From: Phormidesmis sp.
GTDB taxonomy: Bacteria > Cyanobacteriota > Cyanobacteriia > Leptolyngbyales > Leptolyngbyaceae
DNA: 64,000 bases
Direction of reading: 5' to 3'
NCBI GenBank assembly: GCA_965248535.1
Contig: CBDFJR010000005.1
Location: 2,304,001 to 2,368,000 of the forward strand
In this document: positions 9,795 to 21,024 of the stretch, in pieces
Numbering within the stretch: position 1 is the first letter of the stretch
Layout: each line of letters starts with the position of its first letter
Position numbers and translations under genes: made by a program
The notes under the pieces: generated by a model
The model's input: the letters and a program-made list of their open reading frames with translations, nothing else
The model's database searches: none
What the model was told of the DNA's origin: nothing

Positions 9795-10436
9795 ATGGCC
9801 TATACTGGAGACAGTTGTTTGGTAATGAAGCTAATGTTTAGACACTTTCGCCCTCACTTTCACACCCCTGCTTGGGCAGGAGAAAGCTCCGATGAACTCT
9901 TTTCCCGTCCCTGGTTTCAGCATGGCAGAGGCGCTCACGGCAAGCACTTCATTGAAGAGATGTTTGGTTTTGGCAGCGAAGATGAACCTCGCACTCGCCG
10001 GGGAGACATCAAATTTCTGCTGCTAGAATTGCTATCTGAGCAACCCAGCCACGGCTACGACTTAATCAAGCGCATGGAAGCTCGCTATGGAGGCTCGCGT
10101 CGCCTCAGTCCTGGTTCTGTTTATCCCACGCTGCAACTGCTCGAAGATGGCGGCTATGTGATCGGTGAAACCACTGGGGGCAAGCGAGTTTATACCATTA
10201 CAGATACGGGCAGACAGTTCCTGGCTGAACACGTTCAGCAAGCGCCCCCTAGCGCTCCTTGGGAGGCATTCAAAAATAAACCCCAAGAGTTCAATCAATT
10301 GCGGCAGGCGGCGACGGAGTTAGCGGGTGCAGTCATGCAGTCGGCTCGAAGTGGCAACTCCGATCGCATGAATCGCGTCAAGGAACTGCTAGAACGAACG
10401 AAGCGAGAAATCTATGCCATTTTAGCGGAGGAATAG
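9795..10436 (+). CDS. PadR-family regulator (YqjI/NfeR-like, His-containing N-terminus)
   Basis: RRGDIKFLLLELLSEQPSHGYDLIK...SPGSVYPTLQLLED...KRVYTITDTGR. Confidence 0.9.
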   Translation: MAYTGDSCLVMKLMFRHFRPHFHTPAWAGESSDELFSRPWFQHGRGAHGKHFIEEMFGFGSEDEPRTRRGDIKFLLLELLSEQPSHGYDLIKRMEARYGGSRRLSPGSVYPTLQLLEDGGYVIGETTGGKRVYTITDTGRQFLAEHVQQAPPSAPWEAFKNKPQEFNQLRQAATELAGAVMQSARSGNSDRMNRVKELLERTKREIYAILAEE

Positions 10437-10576
10437 GTTGCAACAGACCAGTGAAGCTGTAGTTTCTCTGGTCTGACGCATCAATTTTTTTGCCAGACTC
10501 CTAGTTTGATAGGGTACGCAACGGTGTAGCCCCAACTGTGAGATGACCATGAATCTAAGCTTGTCTTTTGAGAGTA

Positions 10577-10714
10577 ATACCAATTTCGGATGCAATTGCG
10601 ACTGATCGTTCAATCCGACGGGGCACGGCATGCCATGCCCCTACGCTTTTTGTACGGGCATGGCACTGCCGTGCCCTCATGCGGATCTGTCGCATTCACA
10701 AATCAAATTGGTAT
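10577..10714. repeat. MITE/REP-like element, copy 1
   Basis: Terminal inverted repeats ATACCAATTT/AAATTGGTAT enclosing GGGGCACGGCATGCCATGCCCCTAC palindromes; second copy at 30330-30443. Confidence 0.8.
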
Positions 10715-10831
10715 AAATCGAGCTTGAGAGTCAAACTGCAACGGATTATCTACTGCGGAAACAATCAAGTTTGAGGACTCTGAGGCACGATCGTTTGGGA
10801 ACTGAGATAGCGAGCGTGACAGAAATCAAGG

Positions 10832-11842
10832 TCAATCGGGAGGAGAAACCTCAAAATAGCGAGCCAGCACATCTGCTGTCATCTGGGGGTCTGTGATCCA
10901 ATAACTCAGCGGGAACTCATCGGCACGGCTAAATCTCCCTGGCAGCATCACTAAGTTGAGATGTTGTCGGTCAAGGCTCGTTAGATTTTTCGAGATGGCT
11001 AGCAGATCTCCTAGCGATAGATTGCTGTCTACATTTTCTTGCACAACGTGAACCAGTTGCGGCAATTTAGCTAACATCTTAGGCTGAACTAGCTTTTGTA
11101 GAATCAGTTTGACCACTTCTTGCTGCCTTTGCACCCGTCCAATATCTCCCAAATTGTCATGGCGATACCGAACATATTCTTGCAAGTGTTGACCACTGAG
11201 CGTCTGTTTTCCGGGCGCTAGATGAATGGTTAAGTGTTGAGTCTGATCGATGTAGTTCATCGGTTTGGGAACAGTGACTTCTAACCCATCGATCGCATCG
11301 ACTAAACGCACAAACCCTTCTGTGTCAACGCGGATATATCGATCAATTGCCATGTTTCCTAAGAGTTGACTCACCGTTTGAGCAGCCAAGGTCGCCCCAC
11401 CTTTGACATTCGCGCTATTGATCTTGTCAAGTCCAATTCCTGGAATTTGCACTCTACTATCTCTGGGAATGGACAAAATAGTAACCTGATGCTGACTCGG
11501 ATCTAAGCGAACCAAGAGCAGGGTGTCGCTGTTGCCAGAGAGCGCCTCCGCAGGAGTAACGTGATCTGCGTGGGGATGCCCAGAATTGTCAATTCCCAGG
11601 ATCAGAATGTTAAGGGGACGAGTCAACGGCTCTGAAATGAGCGATGTCAGGCTGTCGGTATATCGCGACAGTTGAGCTTTAGAACCCGCACGACTTAGCG
11701 GTGAAAAACACAGCGCGACAACCATCGCCATCCCTGCAAATCCTGACATGCAGGATAATGCGGTCAATAAATCACGAGACTGTGACGATCGTTGAGAAGG
11801 CTTGCTGCAAATTCTTGAACGGAATTTTGTTTTTTTAACCAC
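10832..11842 (-). CDS. LCP (LytR-CpsA-Psr) family protein
   Basis: NILILGID...SDTLLLVR...SIPRDSRV...KINSAN...YVRYRHDNLGDIGRVQRQQ. Confidence 0.92.
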   Translation of the reverse strand: MVKKTKFRSRICSKPSQRSSQSRDLLTALSCMSGFAGMAMVVALCFSPLSRAGSKAQLSRYTDSLTSLISEPLTRPLNILILGIDNSGHPHADHVTPAEALSGNSDTLLLVRLDPSQHQVTILSIPRDSRVQIPGIGLDKINSANVKGGATLAAQTVSQLLGNMAIDRYIRVDTEGFVRLVDAIDGLEVTVPKPMNYIDQTQHLTIHLAPGKQTLSGQHLQEYVRYRHDNLGDIGRVQRQQEVVKLILQKLVQPKMLAKLPQLVHVVQENVDSNLSLGDLLAISKNLTSLDRQHLNLVMLPGRFSRADEFPLSYWITDPQMTADVLARYFEVSPPD

Positions 11843-11992
11843 AAGTTTCTAGGCAACTCCGCACGCCTTGCAGACCCTACGGTTTAGCTTCAGAGACTAT
11901 TATGCCACTATTCAGGCGATCGTATACTGCTGAGTCAGAGTCCTGATGAAAAATGGATGACCTGTCCCTCAGCTTTCAGGAGCAATTTCGAG

Positions 11993-12496
11993 TTACTTGA
12001 TGCCCAGCACACAGGCTCCAGAGAACTGAATAGAGGCAGGGCAATTTTCTACTCGCACTTCACGAAACTCAGTATCGACAAGCAACTGTGCGACTTCATT
12101 GCTGTCATATAGGGTAAACAAATCGGGCGGTGGAACGGGAGGCTTTTGTTGCTTGATCCAGGTAGCTTTAGGTAAGAGTGTGATGGCTAACAATCCACCT
12201 GGTTTTAAGGTGCGACGGATTTCCTGCAAGCCAGCGATCGCGTTGGCCCAAAAGTAAATGCAGTGGATTGTCATAGCTTTGTCAAAGGATTCATCTTCAT
12301 AAGGCAATGACGCAACCTCGCCGTGTTTGAGATCGACTCGTCCAGCTTTGATTGCATTCGCATTGCGGTGACTAGCAGCCTGCACCATTGTTTCAGACGC
12401 ATCAATGCCAGCAACAAGACCTACGATCGCTGTCTGCGCGGCGTACTCAATTCCCAAATCACGGGTTGAACGTGTAGTCATGCTGTGGGGCTTCAC
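11993..12496 (-). pseudogene. Class I SAM-dependent methyltransferase, N-terminally truncated
   Basis: Retains GIDASETMV, LPYEDESFDKA and LKPGG but lacks motif I (LEIGFG). Confidence 0.6.
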
Positions 12497-12514
12497 TCTT
12501 GTATAGGGCTACCT

Positions 12515-13159
12515 TTATTTTGCCTTTGTTGCCACACCTTGATAAAAATAGGCGATCATTTTAGGAAGATTTTCAGCGTAAAACTCTTCTACCGTTAGAG
12601 TATCAAACTGGGTTTCAACCAGTTGCCGAATAGGGCGATCGAGATGACAACCATCGGCAATCACTTTCTGGATTGGGGTCAATCGATGTTGCCAAACTTG
12701 AGTTCCAGCCTCGTTGCTCAACCCGTGCTCCACAAAAAAGAATCGCCCGCCAGGTTTCAACACTCGATAGATTTCTTTGAGGGCTTGCTCAACATTCATA
12801 ATACTGCATAGGGTAAAGGTGCTTACAACACTATCAAACGTCCCTTCTGCCATGGACAAACATTCTCCATTTAAGAGGTGATGATCGACTGCGATCGCAG
12901 AGGTCTGAATGCGTTTTTGAGCCAGTTTATGAGTGCCTGGATTGACATCCACCGTAACGATTTTATGAATCTCTTGGGGATAGTAAGAAAGATTTAGACC
13001 CGTGCCAAACCCAATTTCTAAAACGTCTCCTTTCACATTCTCTAGAGTTTTCTGGCGATACTTTCCAAAATTGGCACTAGACATTGACCAATCCAGCAGG
13101 TACGGAAAAATTCTTTGTGCATAAAATCCCATTGAGTTCTCCTTCTCGTTTGTTGTCAA
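12515..13159 (-). CDS. Class I SAM-dependent methyltransferase
   Basis: VLEIGFGTGLN, FDSVVSTFTLCSI, RVLKPGG, VEHG. Confidence 0.9.
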   Translation of the reverse strand: MTTNEKENSMGFYAQRIFPYLLDWSMSSANFGKYRQKTLENVKGDVLEIGFGTGLNLSYYPQEIHKIVTVDVNPGTHKLAQKRIQTSAIAVDHHLLNGECLSMAEGTFDSVVSTFTLCSIMNVEQALKEIYRVLKPGGRFFFVEHGLSNEAGTQVWQHRLTPIQKVIADGCHLDRPIRQLVETQFDTLTVEEFYAENLPKMIAYFYQGVATKAK

Positions 13160-13358
13160 AGTTAATAGATTTCGTCGTTTTTGATGCTTTGGCTAAAAGC
13201 GAGATCTGAGAGTGATCTATATCAGCATTTTATTCATGCAGGAGGTCTGTTGAAAGGTAGACACGCGATCGAGTCTAACAAAGTACCCAGAAGGGGACTG
13301 TCGATCGTCTCTCGCGTTTTTCACAATGAAGTGACTCACTCATAAAAGGATACCTCTA

Positions 13359-13757
13359 ATGATTGCCCCTACTGTCACCCATCCTAACCTCTATCAACTT
13401 CAAGGACATCAATTACACGTTCTATATGCTGCATCGGGCATTGACGGTCAGCCTCATTTTGACTATCAAGATGCTCATCAATCTCTGCACTTCAAAGGTG
13501 ATCAAATTCGCACAGTCGAGTTAGAAATTGGCACTCTTGTTACTGTGACCCTTCGGCTCACGGTTGATGCTGGCTCCACATCCTTTAGCGTGCTCTTACC
13601 CCAAGTTAACCTCGACCAGACCAAGCAGGCACGGATCGCGACTGAAGGAATTATAACGGTGCACCGTTTCTCACTAGTTCCTCAGTTTAACCTAGGACAA
13701 ACCGAGCTTTACACTGTCACCCATCTCACGGGCATTGCTCAACTTGTAGCGTTCTAA
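13359..13757 (+). CDS. Hypothetical all-beta protein
   Basis: AAAGGA RBS, 132-aa ORF rich in predicted beta strands. Confidence 0.7.
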   Translation: MIAPTVTHPNLYQLQGHQLHVLYAASGIDGQPHFDYQDAHQSLHFKGDQIRTVELEIGTLVTVTLRLTVDAGSTSFSVLLPQVNLDQTKQARIATEGIITVHRFSLVPQFNLGQTELYTVTHLTGIAQLVAF

Positions 13758-14041
13758 ATCGTCTGCCAGGGCTGGTGAGAGCCGATTTGGGCGATCGCTG
13801 GCTCAATGACTTTAAACCTGACGCTTAACGTCATGCTGAACTCTCGCACAAGAAATCTTACCCCAAGCCGGGAATCAAAGGTGAAAGGACAAATCTACAC
13901 TGTTTATAATTGAAAGGCCTGCTCTAAAAATAGCGCATGAAGTGTCAAGAACTTAGAAAGACTAGCTGATTTTACGGTTCTTTTCGACTTCTTGACGTTT
14001 ATTGAGTACAGTACGATCGTCCTTTCAATGCACGCTTAAAA

Positions 14042-14719
14042 ATGCAAAGTCTGATTCGCTTTTGGGTTCACCGGGTCAATCCACAGCTTGCAACACTGAT
14101 TGCAGCCGTTGGCACGATCGGGCTATTGAGTTGTTTAGTGATTCTCCTAGGCTTGAGTTGGCTGTTTCAAGAAGTTTTAGAAAAAGAAGCCTTTGGATTT
14201 GATACAACGGTGCTGCTGGCAGTACATCAGTGGTCAAATCCGAGTCTAGATCAAGTCATGTTGAGCTTAACTCGGTTAGGTGATCCTGAATTTGTGGTGG
14301 TGGTCATTATTCTAAGTTTGGGACTGTTGTTATGGAGACGACAGCGAACAGAGGCGAAAATGTTGGCGATCGCGTGTCTGGGCGCGCTGATTCTCAATCA
14401 GGGTTTAAAGCTCTTTTTTGCGAAACCCCGTCCTCAGCTTTGGACTCCTCTGATTGTTGAAACGTCGTTTAGCTTTCCCAGTGGTCATGCCTTGGGTTCG
14501 CTAGTGCTCTATGGATTTCTGGCCTATCTTTTAGCCGTTAACTATCCCAGACTATCTCACTGGATTTATAGTGTTGCTGTCTTCTTAGTGATGGCGATCG
14601 GGGTCAGTCGCTTATATTTAGGTGTTCATTGGGTCACGGATGTCGCGGCGGGTTATGCCGTTGGGTTCCTTTGGCTGATGGTTTGCATCACTATGCTGAG
14701 ACTGCAAACAAAAAGGTAA
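14042..14719 (+). CDS. PAP2-family membrane phosphatase
   Basis: KLFFAKPRP, SFPSGHA and SRLYLGVHWVTDV motifs. Confidence 0.92.
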   Translation: MQSLIRFWVHRVNPQLATLIAAVGTIGLLSCLVILLGLSWLFQEVLEKEAFGFDTTVLLAVHQWSNPSLDQVMLSLTRLGDPEFVVVVIILSLGLLLWRRQRTEAKMLAIACLGALILNQGLKLFFAKPRPQLWTPLIVETSFSFPSGHALGSLVLYGFLAYLLAVNYPRLSHWIYSVAVFLVMAIGVSRLYLGVHWVTDVAAGYAVGFLWLMVCITMLRLQTKR

Positions 14720-14736
14720 TTAGATATATTTAGTCG

Positions 14737-16653
14737 TCAATTTTTGAGGAGTCTTAACCCACTGAGGGTAACTAGCACGGTCGAACCCTCGTGTCCCACT
14801 ACCCCCAACGGTAACGTGATGTGACTAAAAAAGGTTGCCATCAACAACAGCCCAATGAAACTGAGCGCGAACGCAATGTTTTGTTTAACAACCCGCTGAG
14901 AGCGGCGGCCGAGACGAATTGCTGTGACTAATCGTTCGAGTTGATCTGCCATTAAGATAATGTCTGCGGTTTCGAGCGCCACATCACTTCCGGCAGTTCC
15001 CATTGCGATTCCCACAGTTGCTTGAGCCAGTGCAGGTGCATCGTTGATGCCATCACCCACCATTGCAACGGTTTTGTACTGTTGTTGAAGCGATCGCACT
15101 ACGTCTACTTTGTGTTCGGGCAGCAGTTCAGAATACACTTGATCAATTCCAAGTTCCTTGGCAATACTGCGAGCCGTGCGATCGTTGTCTCCGGTTAGCA
15201 TGACGATTTCTTGAATACCCATTCGCTTTAATCGAGCGATCGTTCGAGCGGCTTCGGGTCGGACGGTATCGGCGATCGCAATTACGCCGAGCGGTTTTCC
15301 GGCATAGGCAACCCACACCACGGTTTTTCCGGTTTCTTCCAACTGATGGGCTGATGCAATTAGAGTATCTGACCAACCGCTAATCTGTTTCTGAACAAAG
15401 GCGGCTTTCCCAACGATCGCCCATTGCTGATCGAGTTCTCCCGTGATTCCCTGTCCAGTATGGGCTTGAACATTTGTGGCTTGCCTCCATTCAATCTGCT
15501 GATTTTGGGCAAATCTCACGATGGCTTCCCCGATCGGATGTTCAGATAAGCTTTCTAGAGCAGTCGCGACTTGGAGTAATTGCGTTTTAGTCTGACCAAC
15601 CGCAATAATTTGAACAACTTGGGGCTTCCCGACTGTGAGCGTTCCGGTTTTGTCGAATGCGATCGCTCGAACTCGTCCAATCTGTTCCAACTGAGCGCCA
15701 TTTTTGAACAAAATTCCCTGCCGTGCCCCATTCGCAATGCCCGATAAGAGCGTAGGCATTGTTGCCGCCATTAGCGCGCATGGAGACGCGACAACGAGAA
15801 AAATTAAGGCTCGATAGATCGTCGTCTCCCAACTCCAGCCCCACAACGGCGGCACAATTATCAGCAAGATTCCGGCAATCACAATGACTCTGGCGTAACT
15901 GCGCTCAAATCGTTCGATAAACTGCTGTGACGGGGGTGTTTCGGTTTGGGCTTGCTCGACCAGCCGGATTACACGCTGAATCAAACTGCTTTCGGGCGGC
16001 TGATGAATTTTGAGCTTCAAAGCACCGTTGCCGTTAATCGTTCCGGCAAAGACTTCATCCCCGATCGTTTTCTCAACAGGCATCGATTCTCCCGTAATCG
16101 ATGCTTGGTTGAGGGCACTGAATCCTTCCACAATCAAGCCATCTGTTGGCACCAGTTCGCCGGGTTTGACAATTACTTCGTTGCCTATTTTAAGCGTTGA
16201 AATGGCAACTTCTTCCTCTCGTCCGTCTCGCCAAACTCGTGCGGTATCTGAAGTCAAATTCATCAAGCTGCGGATACTGCGCGCAGTGTGCTGCATTGCA
16301 TACCCTTCAAGCGCGCCACTGATTGAGAAGATCAAGATCAGAATCGCGCCATCCACAATGAAGGAATAATCCCGCTGCCACAATCCCAGTCCTGCTGCTC
16401 CCAAAGCCGCCACAATCATCAGGAGATCGACATCTAGTTCTTTGTCTTCAAACAGGGTAGTTAACCCTTCACGGGCGCTTTCATAGCCCCCAATTACGTA
16501 GGCCGCAGGGAGAATCAGCAGTGCAAGTCCGAGCCAGCCTGATTGCAGCGTGAGCCAGCCCAGGAAAACCAGAATGCCGCAGACGATCGCCGCAACTGCA
16601 TCGGGCTGCTCCTTTAGAAGAGTAGAAAAGCTAGGAATAGTTGGTGAAGACAT
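14737..16653 (-). CDS. coaT: P1B-4 type ATPase, cobalt exporter
   Basis: SPC motif in TM, DKTGT, HEGST, no N-terminal metal-binding domain; divergent from coaR. Confidence 0.85.
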   Translation of the reverse strand: MSSPTIPSFSTLLKEQPDAVAAIVCGILVFLGWLTLQSGWLGLALLILPAAYVIGGYESAREGLTTLFEDKELDVDLLMIVAALGAAGLGLWQRDYSFIVDGAILILIFSISGALEGYAMQHTARSIRSLMNLTSDTARVWRDGREEEVAISTLKIGNEVIVKPGELVPTDGLIVEGFSALNQASITGESMPVEKTIGDEVFAGTINGNGALKLKIHQPPESSLIQRVIRLVEQAQTETPPSQQFIERFERSYARVIVIAGILLIIVPPLWGWSWETTIYRALIFLVVASPCALMAATMPTLLSGIANGARQGILFKNGAQLEQIGRVRAIAFDKTGTLTVGKPQVVQIIAVGQTKTQLLQVATALESLSEHPIGEAIVRFAQNQQIEWRQATNVQAHTGQGITGELDQQWAIVGKAAFVQKQISGWSDTLIASAHQLEETGKTVVWVAYAGKPLGVIAIADTVRPEAARTIARLKRMGIQEIVMLTGDNDRTARSIAKELGIDQVYSELLPEHKVDVVRSLQQQYKTVAMVGDGINDAPALAQATVGIAMGTAGSDVALETADIILMADQLERLVTAIRLGRRSQRVVKQNIAFALSFIGLLLMATFFSHITLPLGVVGHEGSTVLVTLSGLRLLKN

Positions 16654-16684
16654 AAACAGTTAGTAGAGAAAAAATCACTCCTCT

Positions 16685-16716
16685 ACTCTAAACCTTGACA
16701 TTAGTGTCAATGTCAA
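16685..16716 (-). promoter_or_regulatory. coaT promoter / CoaR operator
   Basis: -35 TTGACA, 20-bp spacer, -10 TAGAGT on the - strand; dyad TTGACATT-N6-AATGTCAA at 16695-16716. Confidence 0.85.
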
Positions 16717-16738
16717 CCTTCTCGTTTACGATTAAGGG

Positions 16739-17878
16739 ATGAAAACGCAGAACTTGACGATTAAAGAACTGACCGAGGCAGTAGGCGGAGGCATCACGCC
16801 GCGAATGGTACGGCATTACCACACGCTGGGTTTGTTGCCTCAACCGCAACGGTCAGCCAGCAACTATCGCCTCTATGGTCAGCGAGAGGTGCAGCAACTT
16901 AAGCAGATTGTTGCCCTAAAACAGCAGGGATTTCAGCTTTCTCATGTTCAGCAGTTACTCAGAAATGATGTAGGAACAGATGTTGAGCAAACGGTGATTA
17001 CACAACTCCAACGGCACTATCACACGGTTATTCAACAGTTGGCGCGACTTCGGCAGACTGCTGCTGCATTAGAAGGAGTCTTGGGACGCGGTTGCTTCGC
17101 AGTTCCCCAAAGGGGTAATCGTAATTGTCAAACAATTCAGGCAGAAGCCCTGGCTCAACTGAGGCTATTAGAAGTCGAAACCCAAGACGGATTGGGAGAC
17201 TTAGAAAAACTTTGGCATCGCTTAGATGCAGAAACCACTGCCCATCCAGAAGCCTTTCAAGAATCGTTGCAGCGGCTGCTGCCTGATCTTTCTGACCGTT
17301 CTGAAATTGAAGTTGATTTGCTGTCTCAGCTTGTGTTGGCGTGCGGCGATGTCAGTCTAGTGCAGTTTGTGCGACGGAGTAAGGACGCGATTTCTGCTGC
17401 TCGTGATGCGCTCAAAGCTGGGTGTCAAATCGTGGGCGACGCTGCACCTGTGGTTTCTGCCCTAGATCAAACTCGCCTAGCTCATCTCAAGTGTCCGGTT
17501 GAGACTCTGATTGCTGATTTGCACATCACAGGCGCAGCCGATGCAGAGCAAGCTTTTTGGAACAATGAGCAATGGCAAGACCGATTAGAGCAGCTTCCGG
17601 TTGGCTGCATTTTGGTCATTGGCTATGCGCCTTCAGTTTTGATAACTGCCTGTACCTTGATTGAAAAAGGTCAATTGCAGCCTGCGTTGGTGATTGCGAT
17701 GCCGATCGGGTTTAGTCATGCGCCTGCGGCAAAGCGACGGCTGATGAGATTGGGCGTTCCCTACATCACGATCGAGGGAACTTTGGGCGGTGGATTATTG
17801 GCAGCCGTGGCACTCAATGCGCTTGTAGAATCTCTGATTGAGAAGCCAGACTGTCACTGTTATCTATCCGCTTTGTGA
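16739..17878 (+). CDS. coaR: MerR-HTH / precorrin isomerase (CobH-like) fusion cobalt sensor
   Basis: MerR HTH, CobH-like domain (IGYAPS, MPIGF, GGGLLAAVALNAL), C-terminal C-H-C. Confidence 0.9.
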   Translation: MKTQNLTIKELTEAVGGGITPRMVRHYHTLGLLPQPQRSASNYRLYGQREVQQLKQIVALKQQGFQLSHVQQLLRNDVGTDVEQTVITQLQRHYHTVIQQLARLRQTAAALEGVLGRGCFAVPQRGNRNCQTIQAEALAQLRLLEVETQDGLGDLEKLWHRLDAETTAHPEAFQESLQRLLPDLSDRSEIEVDLLSQLVLACGDVSLVQFVRRSKDAISAARDALKAGCQIVGDAAPVVSALDQTRLAHLKCPVETLIADLHITGAADAEQAFWNNEQWQDRLEQLPVGCILVIGYAPSVLITACTLIEKGQLQPALVIAMPIGFSHAPAAKRRLMRLGVPYITIEGTLGGGLLAAVALNALVESLIEKPDCHCYLSAL

Positions 17879-18448
17879 CTAATCTCGCTGTGCAACAAGA
17901 TTTTGAGCCGTCGATTTTGAAGGCTCTGTTACCTGCACTTCAATTACGCCGTGAAACATATTCATGCCACAGGTGAATGGATAGTCTCCAGGTTGGGTGG
18001 GCGTGAACTCGATCGCCGTGACTTGATTGAGCGGCAAATCTTTTGCAATGTGAAAATCAGGGATTCGCACCGCGTCGAGACAGCTAGACGGATCACGGCG
18101 ATCGAAGCTTAATCGCACAGGCTGCCCAACACTGACCACAATGCGATCGGGTTCATAGCCACCATCAACCGTAATGGTCGCTTCCTGAATTCCTTGATTA
18201 GTGTCGGCTTTGCGAGACTTAGATTTGCTCAACAAAAACCACCAGAGTTCTGCTCCGATTAATCCAATTCCACCTGCTGTCACCGCGCTTTTGAGCCAAA
18301 TTGGTTGCTCAATGCGTTGAAATTGAGTGACTAGTTCAGTTCCAGATGGTTGCATTTGATCGTGCGGCATTTGGGCAACTGCTCTGCCTGAAATGCCTAG
18401 CATCAGCCCAAAAGCCAAGCTTCCGATAATCCAGTATTTTTGTGTCAT
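17879..18448 (-). CDS. Cupredoxin-domain membrane protein
   Basis: VDGGYEP...SSCL...FTCGMNMFHG. Confidence 0.88.
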   Translation of the reverse strand: MTQKYWIIGSLAFGLMLGISGRAVAQMPHDQMQPSGTELVTQFQRIEQPIWLKSAVTAGGIGLIGAELWWFLLSKSKSRKADTNQGIQEATITVDGGYEPDRIVVSVGQPVRLSFDRRDPSSCLDAVRIPDFHIAKDLPLNQVTAIEFTPTQPGDYPFTCGMNMFHGVIEVQVTEPSKSTAQNLVAQRD

Positions 18449-18457
18449 TGTTTCTCC

Positions 18458-20768
18458 CTAGATTGCTTTGGGCTTAAAGTTCCGCAACCGCAGCGCATTC
18501 GTGAGGACAGACACTGAGCTAAACGCCATTGCACCCCCGGCGATGATTGGATTTAACAACCAGCCAAAGATTGGAAAGAGAATGCCTGCTGCAATTGGAA
18601 TGCCTAACGTATTGTAAATAAACGCAAAGAACAGATTTTGACGAATATTGTTCATAGTGGCGCGACTAAGTTGAATCGCTGTAACAATGCTTTGCAGATC
18701 GCCAGAGATTAACGTAATATCACTCGCCGCGATCGCCACATCGGTTCCGGTTCCGATCGCAATCCCGACATCCGCTTGAGCCAACGCAGGCGCGTCGTTA
18801 ATGCCGTCTCCGACCATCGCCACGATCGTGGACTGAGTGTGGCGAGATTTTGTCTGAGTTGTGGATTGTTTGCCCAGCTTGCCGCTCTGAATCGATGCAA
18901 TCACGGCAGCTTTTTGATCAGGGTCGAACTTCTGCAATCACCGTTTGAATGCCAACTTCACGAGCAATTGCATCTGCTGTTTGCTGATTATCTCCGGTCA
19001 GCATCATCACTTCAAGCCCCATACGCTGTAGCGCCCGAACTGCTTGAACAGACGACGGCTTGAGTGCGTCAGAAATCGCCATCATTCCTTGCAGTTGACG
19101 ATCGACTGCGATCAGAATCACTGTTTTCCCCAATGCTTCGAGTCGCGCTTTCTCAGTTTGAACCGAGGTGATATCAATCCCCAGTTCGTTTAACCAGCGC
19201 TGTGTTCCAATTTGGATGAGTTGGTTAGAAACCGTTCCCTCAACGCCGCTACCCGCAACCGCTTCAAAGTTCTGTACATCGTCTAAAGTGACTTCTTGAG
19301 ACTGAGCATATCGCACGACAGCTTCGGCTAATGGATGCTCAGAGTTGCGCTCGATCGAGGCGGCTAACTTCAACAGTTTGAGTTCATTGGCAGAGCCAAC
19401 TGTGCTGATAAAGTCTGTGACCGTCGGTTTGCCCTCGGTCAGGGTTCCGGTTTTATCAAGCACGATCGTTTGAATTTGGTGCGCGAGTTCTAAGCTTTCT
19501 GCCCCTTTGATCAAGATGCCGTTTTCTGCGCCTTTTCCAGTCCCCACCATGACAGAAGTTGGGGTCGCCAATCCTAACGCACACGGACACGCAATGATCA
19601 ACACGCCAATAGTGGTCACTAACGCTAACGTCACGTTGCCCATGAGATTGAACCAAATTAGAAAGGTAGCGATCGCGATCGCAATCACCACAGGCACAAA
19701 CCAACCCGTCACTTGATCGGCTAATCGCTGTATGGGAGCTTTTGATCCTTGAGCTTGTTGGACAAGTTGCACAATCTGCGCCAAAACCGTGTCTTTGCCC
19801 ACGCGAGTCGCTCTAAATCGAAAGCTTCCGGTCTTGTTGATGGTTGCGCCGATGACTTGATCTCCAGGCTGTTTTTGGGTCGGCATACTCTCGCCTGTGA
19901 CCATTGATTCATCGATCGTGGAAGTTCCCTCCACGACTTCACCATCGACCGGAATCTTTTCACCGGGACGCACGATCACCACATCGCCAATTTGCACCTG
20001 TTGAATGGGAACTTCTAGTTCTTGTCCGTTCCGAATGATGTGGGCATCACGAGCTTGTAAGCCGATGAGTTTCCGAATTGCGTCTGACGTTTGTCCTCTT
20101 GCTCTTGTTTCCAACAACCGACCCAGCAAAATCAGCGTGATAATCACATTTGCTGCTTCATAATAGACATCGGCGTTGAGTCCTTGAGCAATGAAAAAGC
20201 TAGGAATCATGGTCGCCACGATCGAGTAGAGATAAGCAGATCCCGTACCCAGCGCAACTAGCGTGTCCATCGTTGCAGTGTGACGCTTCAGGGCTTTCCA
20301 AGCGTTAACAAAGAACTCTCTGCCTGCCCAAACTAATACAGGGGTTGAAAGAATAAGCTGTAGCCAGGGATTGTGAAACCATGCAGGAATGAATGGAATT
20401 GATAATCCCACCATCATCGGTAGCGACCCTACTATTAAGACGATACTGATTACGCCCGCAATCATGATCTTGTTGCGTAAATGGCGAAACTCTCGCAGTC
20501 GGGCTGTCTTTTCTACGTCAGTTTCGTCAGTGATAAACTCCTGGTCTTGCAGTGAGTAAGAACTGTATCCGGCATCGACGATCGCCTGTTGAATCTGCTC
20601 TAAACTTGTGCGGTTGGAATCGTATTCAAGGGTAGCTTGCTCGGCTCCAAAGTTGACGCTGACCTCAGCCACACCGGGAACCGATCGCATCGCCTCTTCG
20701 ACGCTGCGGGCGCACGAAGCGCAACTCATGCCCCGTAGCTTCAGTATATTAGTTTTCATCATTCTCAA
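18458..20768 (-). pseudogene. copA: Copper-translocating P1B-1 ATPase (CopA/PacS type) split by a +1 frameshift near 18920
   Basis: GMSCASC, CPC, DKTGT and YN/MAFSS motifs; AEVRP|DQKA reads CGA CCC TGA TCA, one extra C. Confidence 0.88.
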
Positions 20769-20788
20769 GAGAAATAAAGGGCAGGAAA

Positions 20789-20983
20789 TCAGGCAACGGT
20801 ATATCCTGCCGTAGTAATCGCCTGCTTTATTTCTGCCTCCGCAGCTTGCGTCTCAATGCTGACTACTTTTGTTTTGAGATCAGCGTTGACTTTGGCGTTG
20901 GAATCGATGATTTGAACTGCCTGGGTAATCGTGTCGCTGCAAGCCGAGCAAGCCATATTGGGAACGGTCATCTGTAGGGTCAT
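20789..20983 (-). CDS. copZ: Copper chaperone (CopZ/Atx1)
   Basis: HMA domain NMACSAC...AGY, 64 aa. Confidence 0.88.
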   Translation of the reverse strand: MTLQMTVPNMACSACSDTITQAVQIIDSNAKVNADLKTKVVSIETQAAEAEIKQAITTAGYTVA

Positions 20984-21024
20984 GGGAAAAAGCTTCCTTT
21001 AAGCAAGAGCCTTGTTACTGCTTC

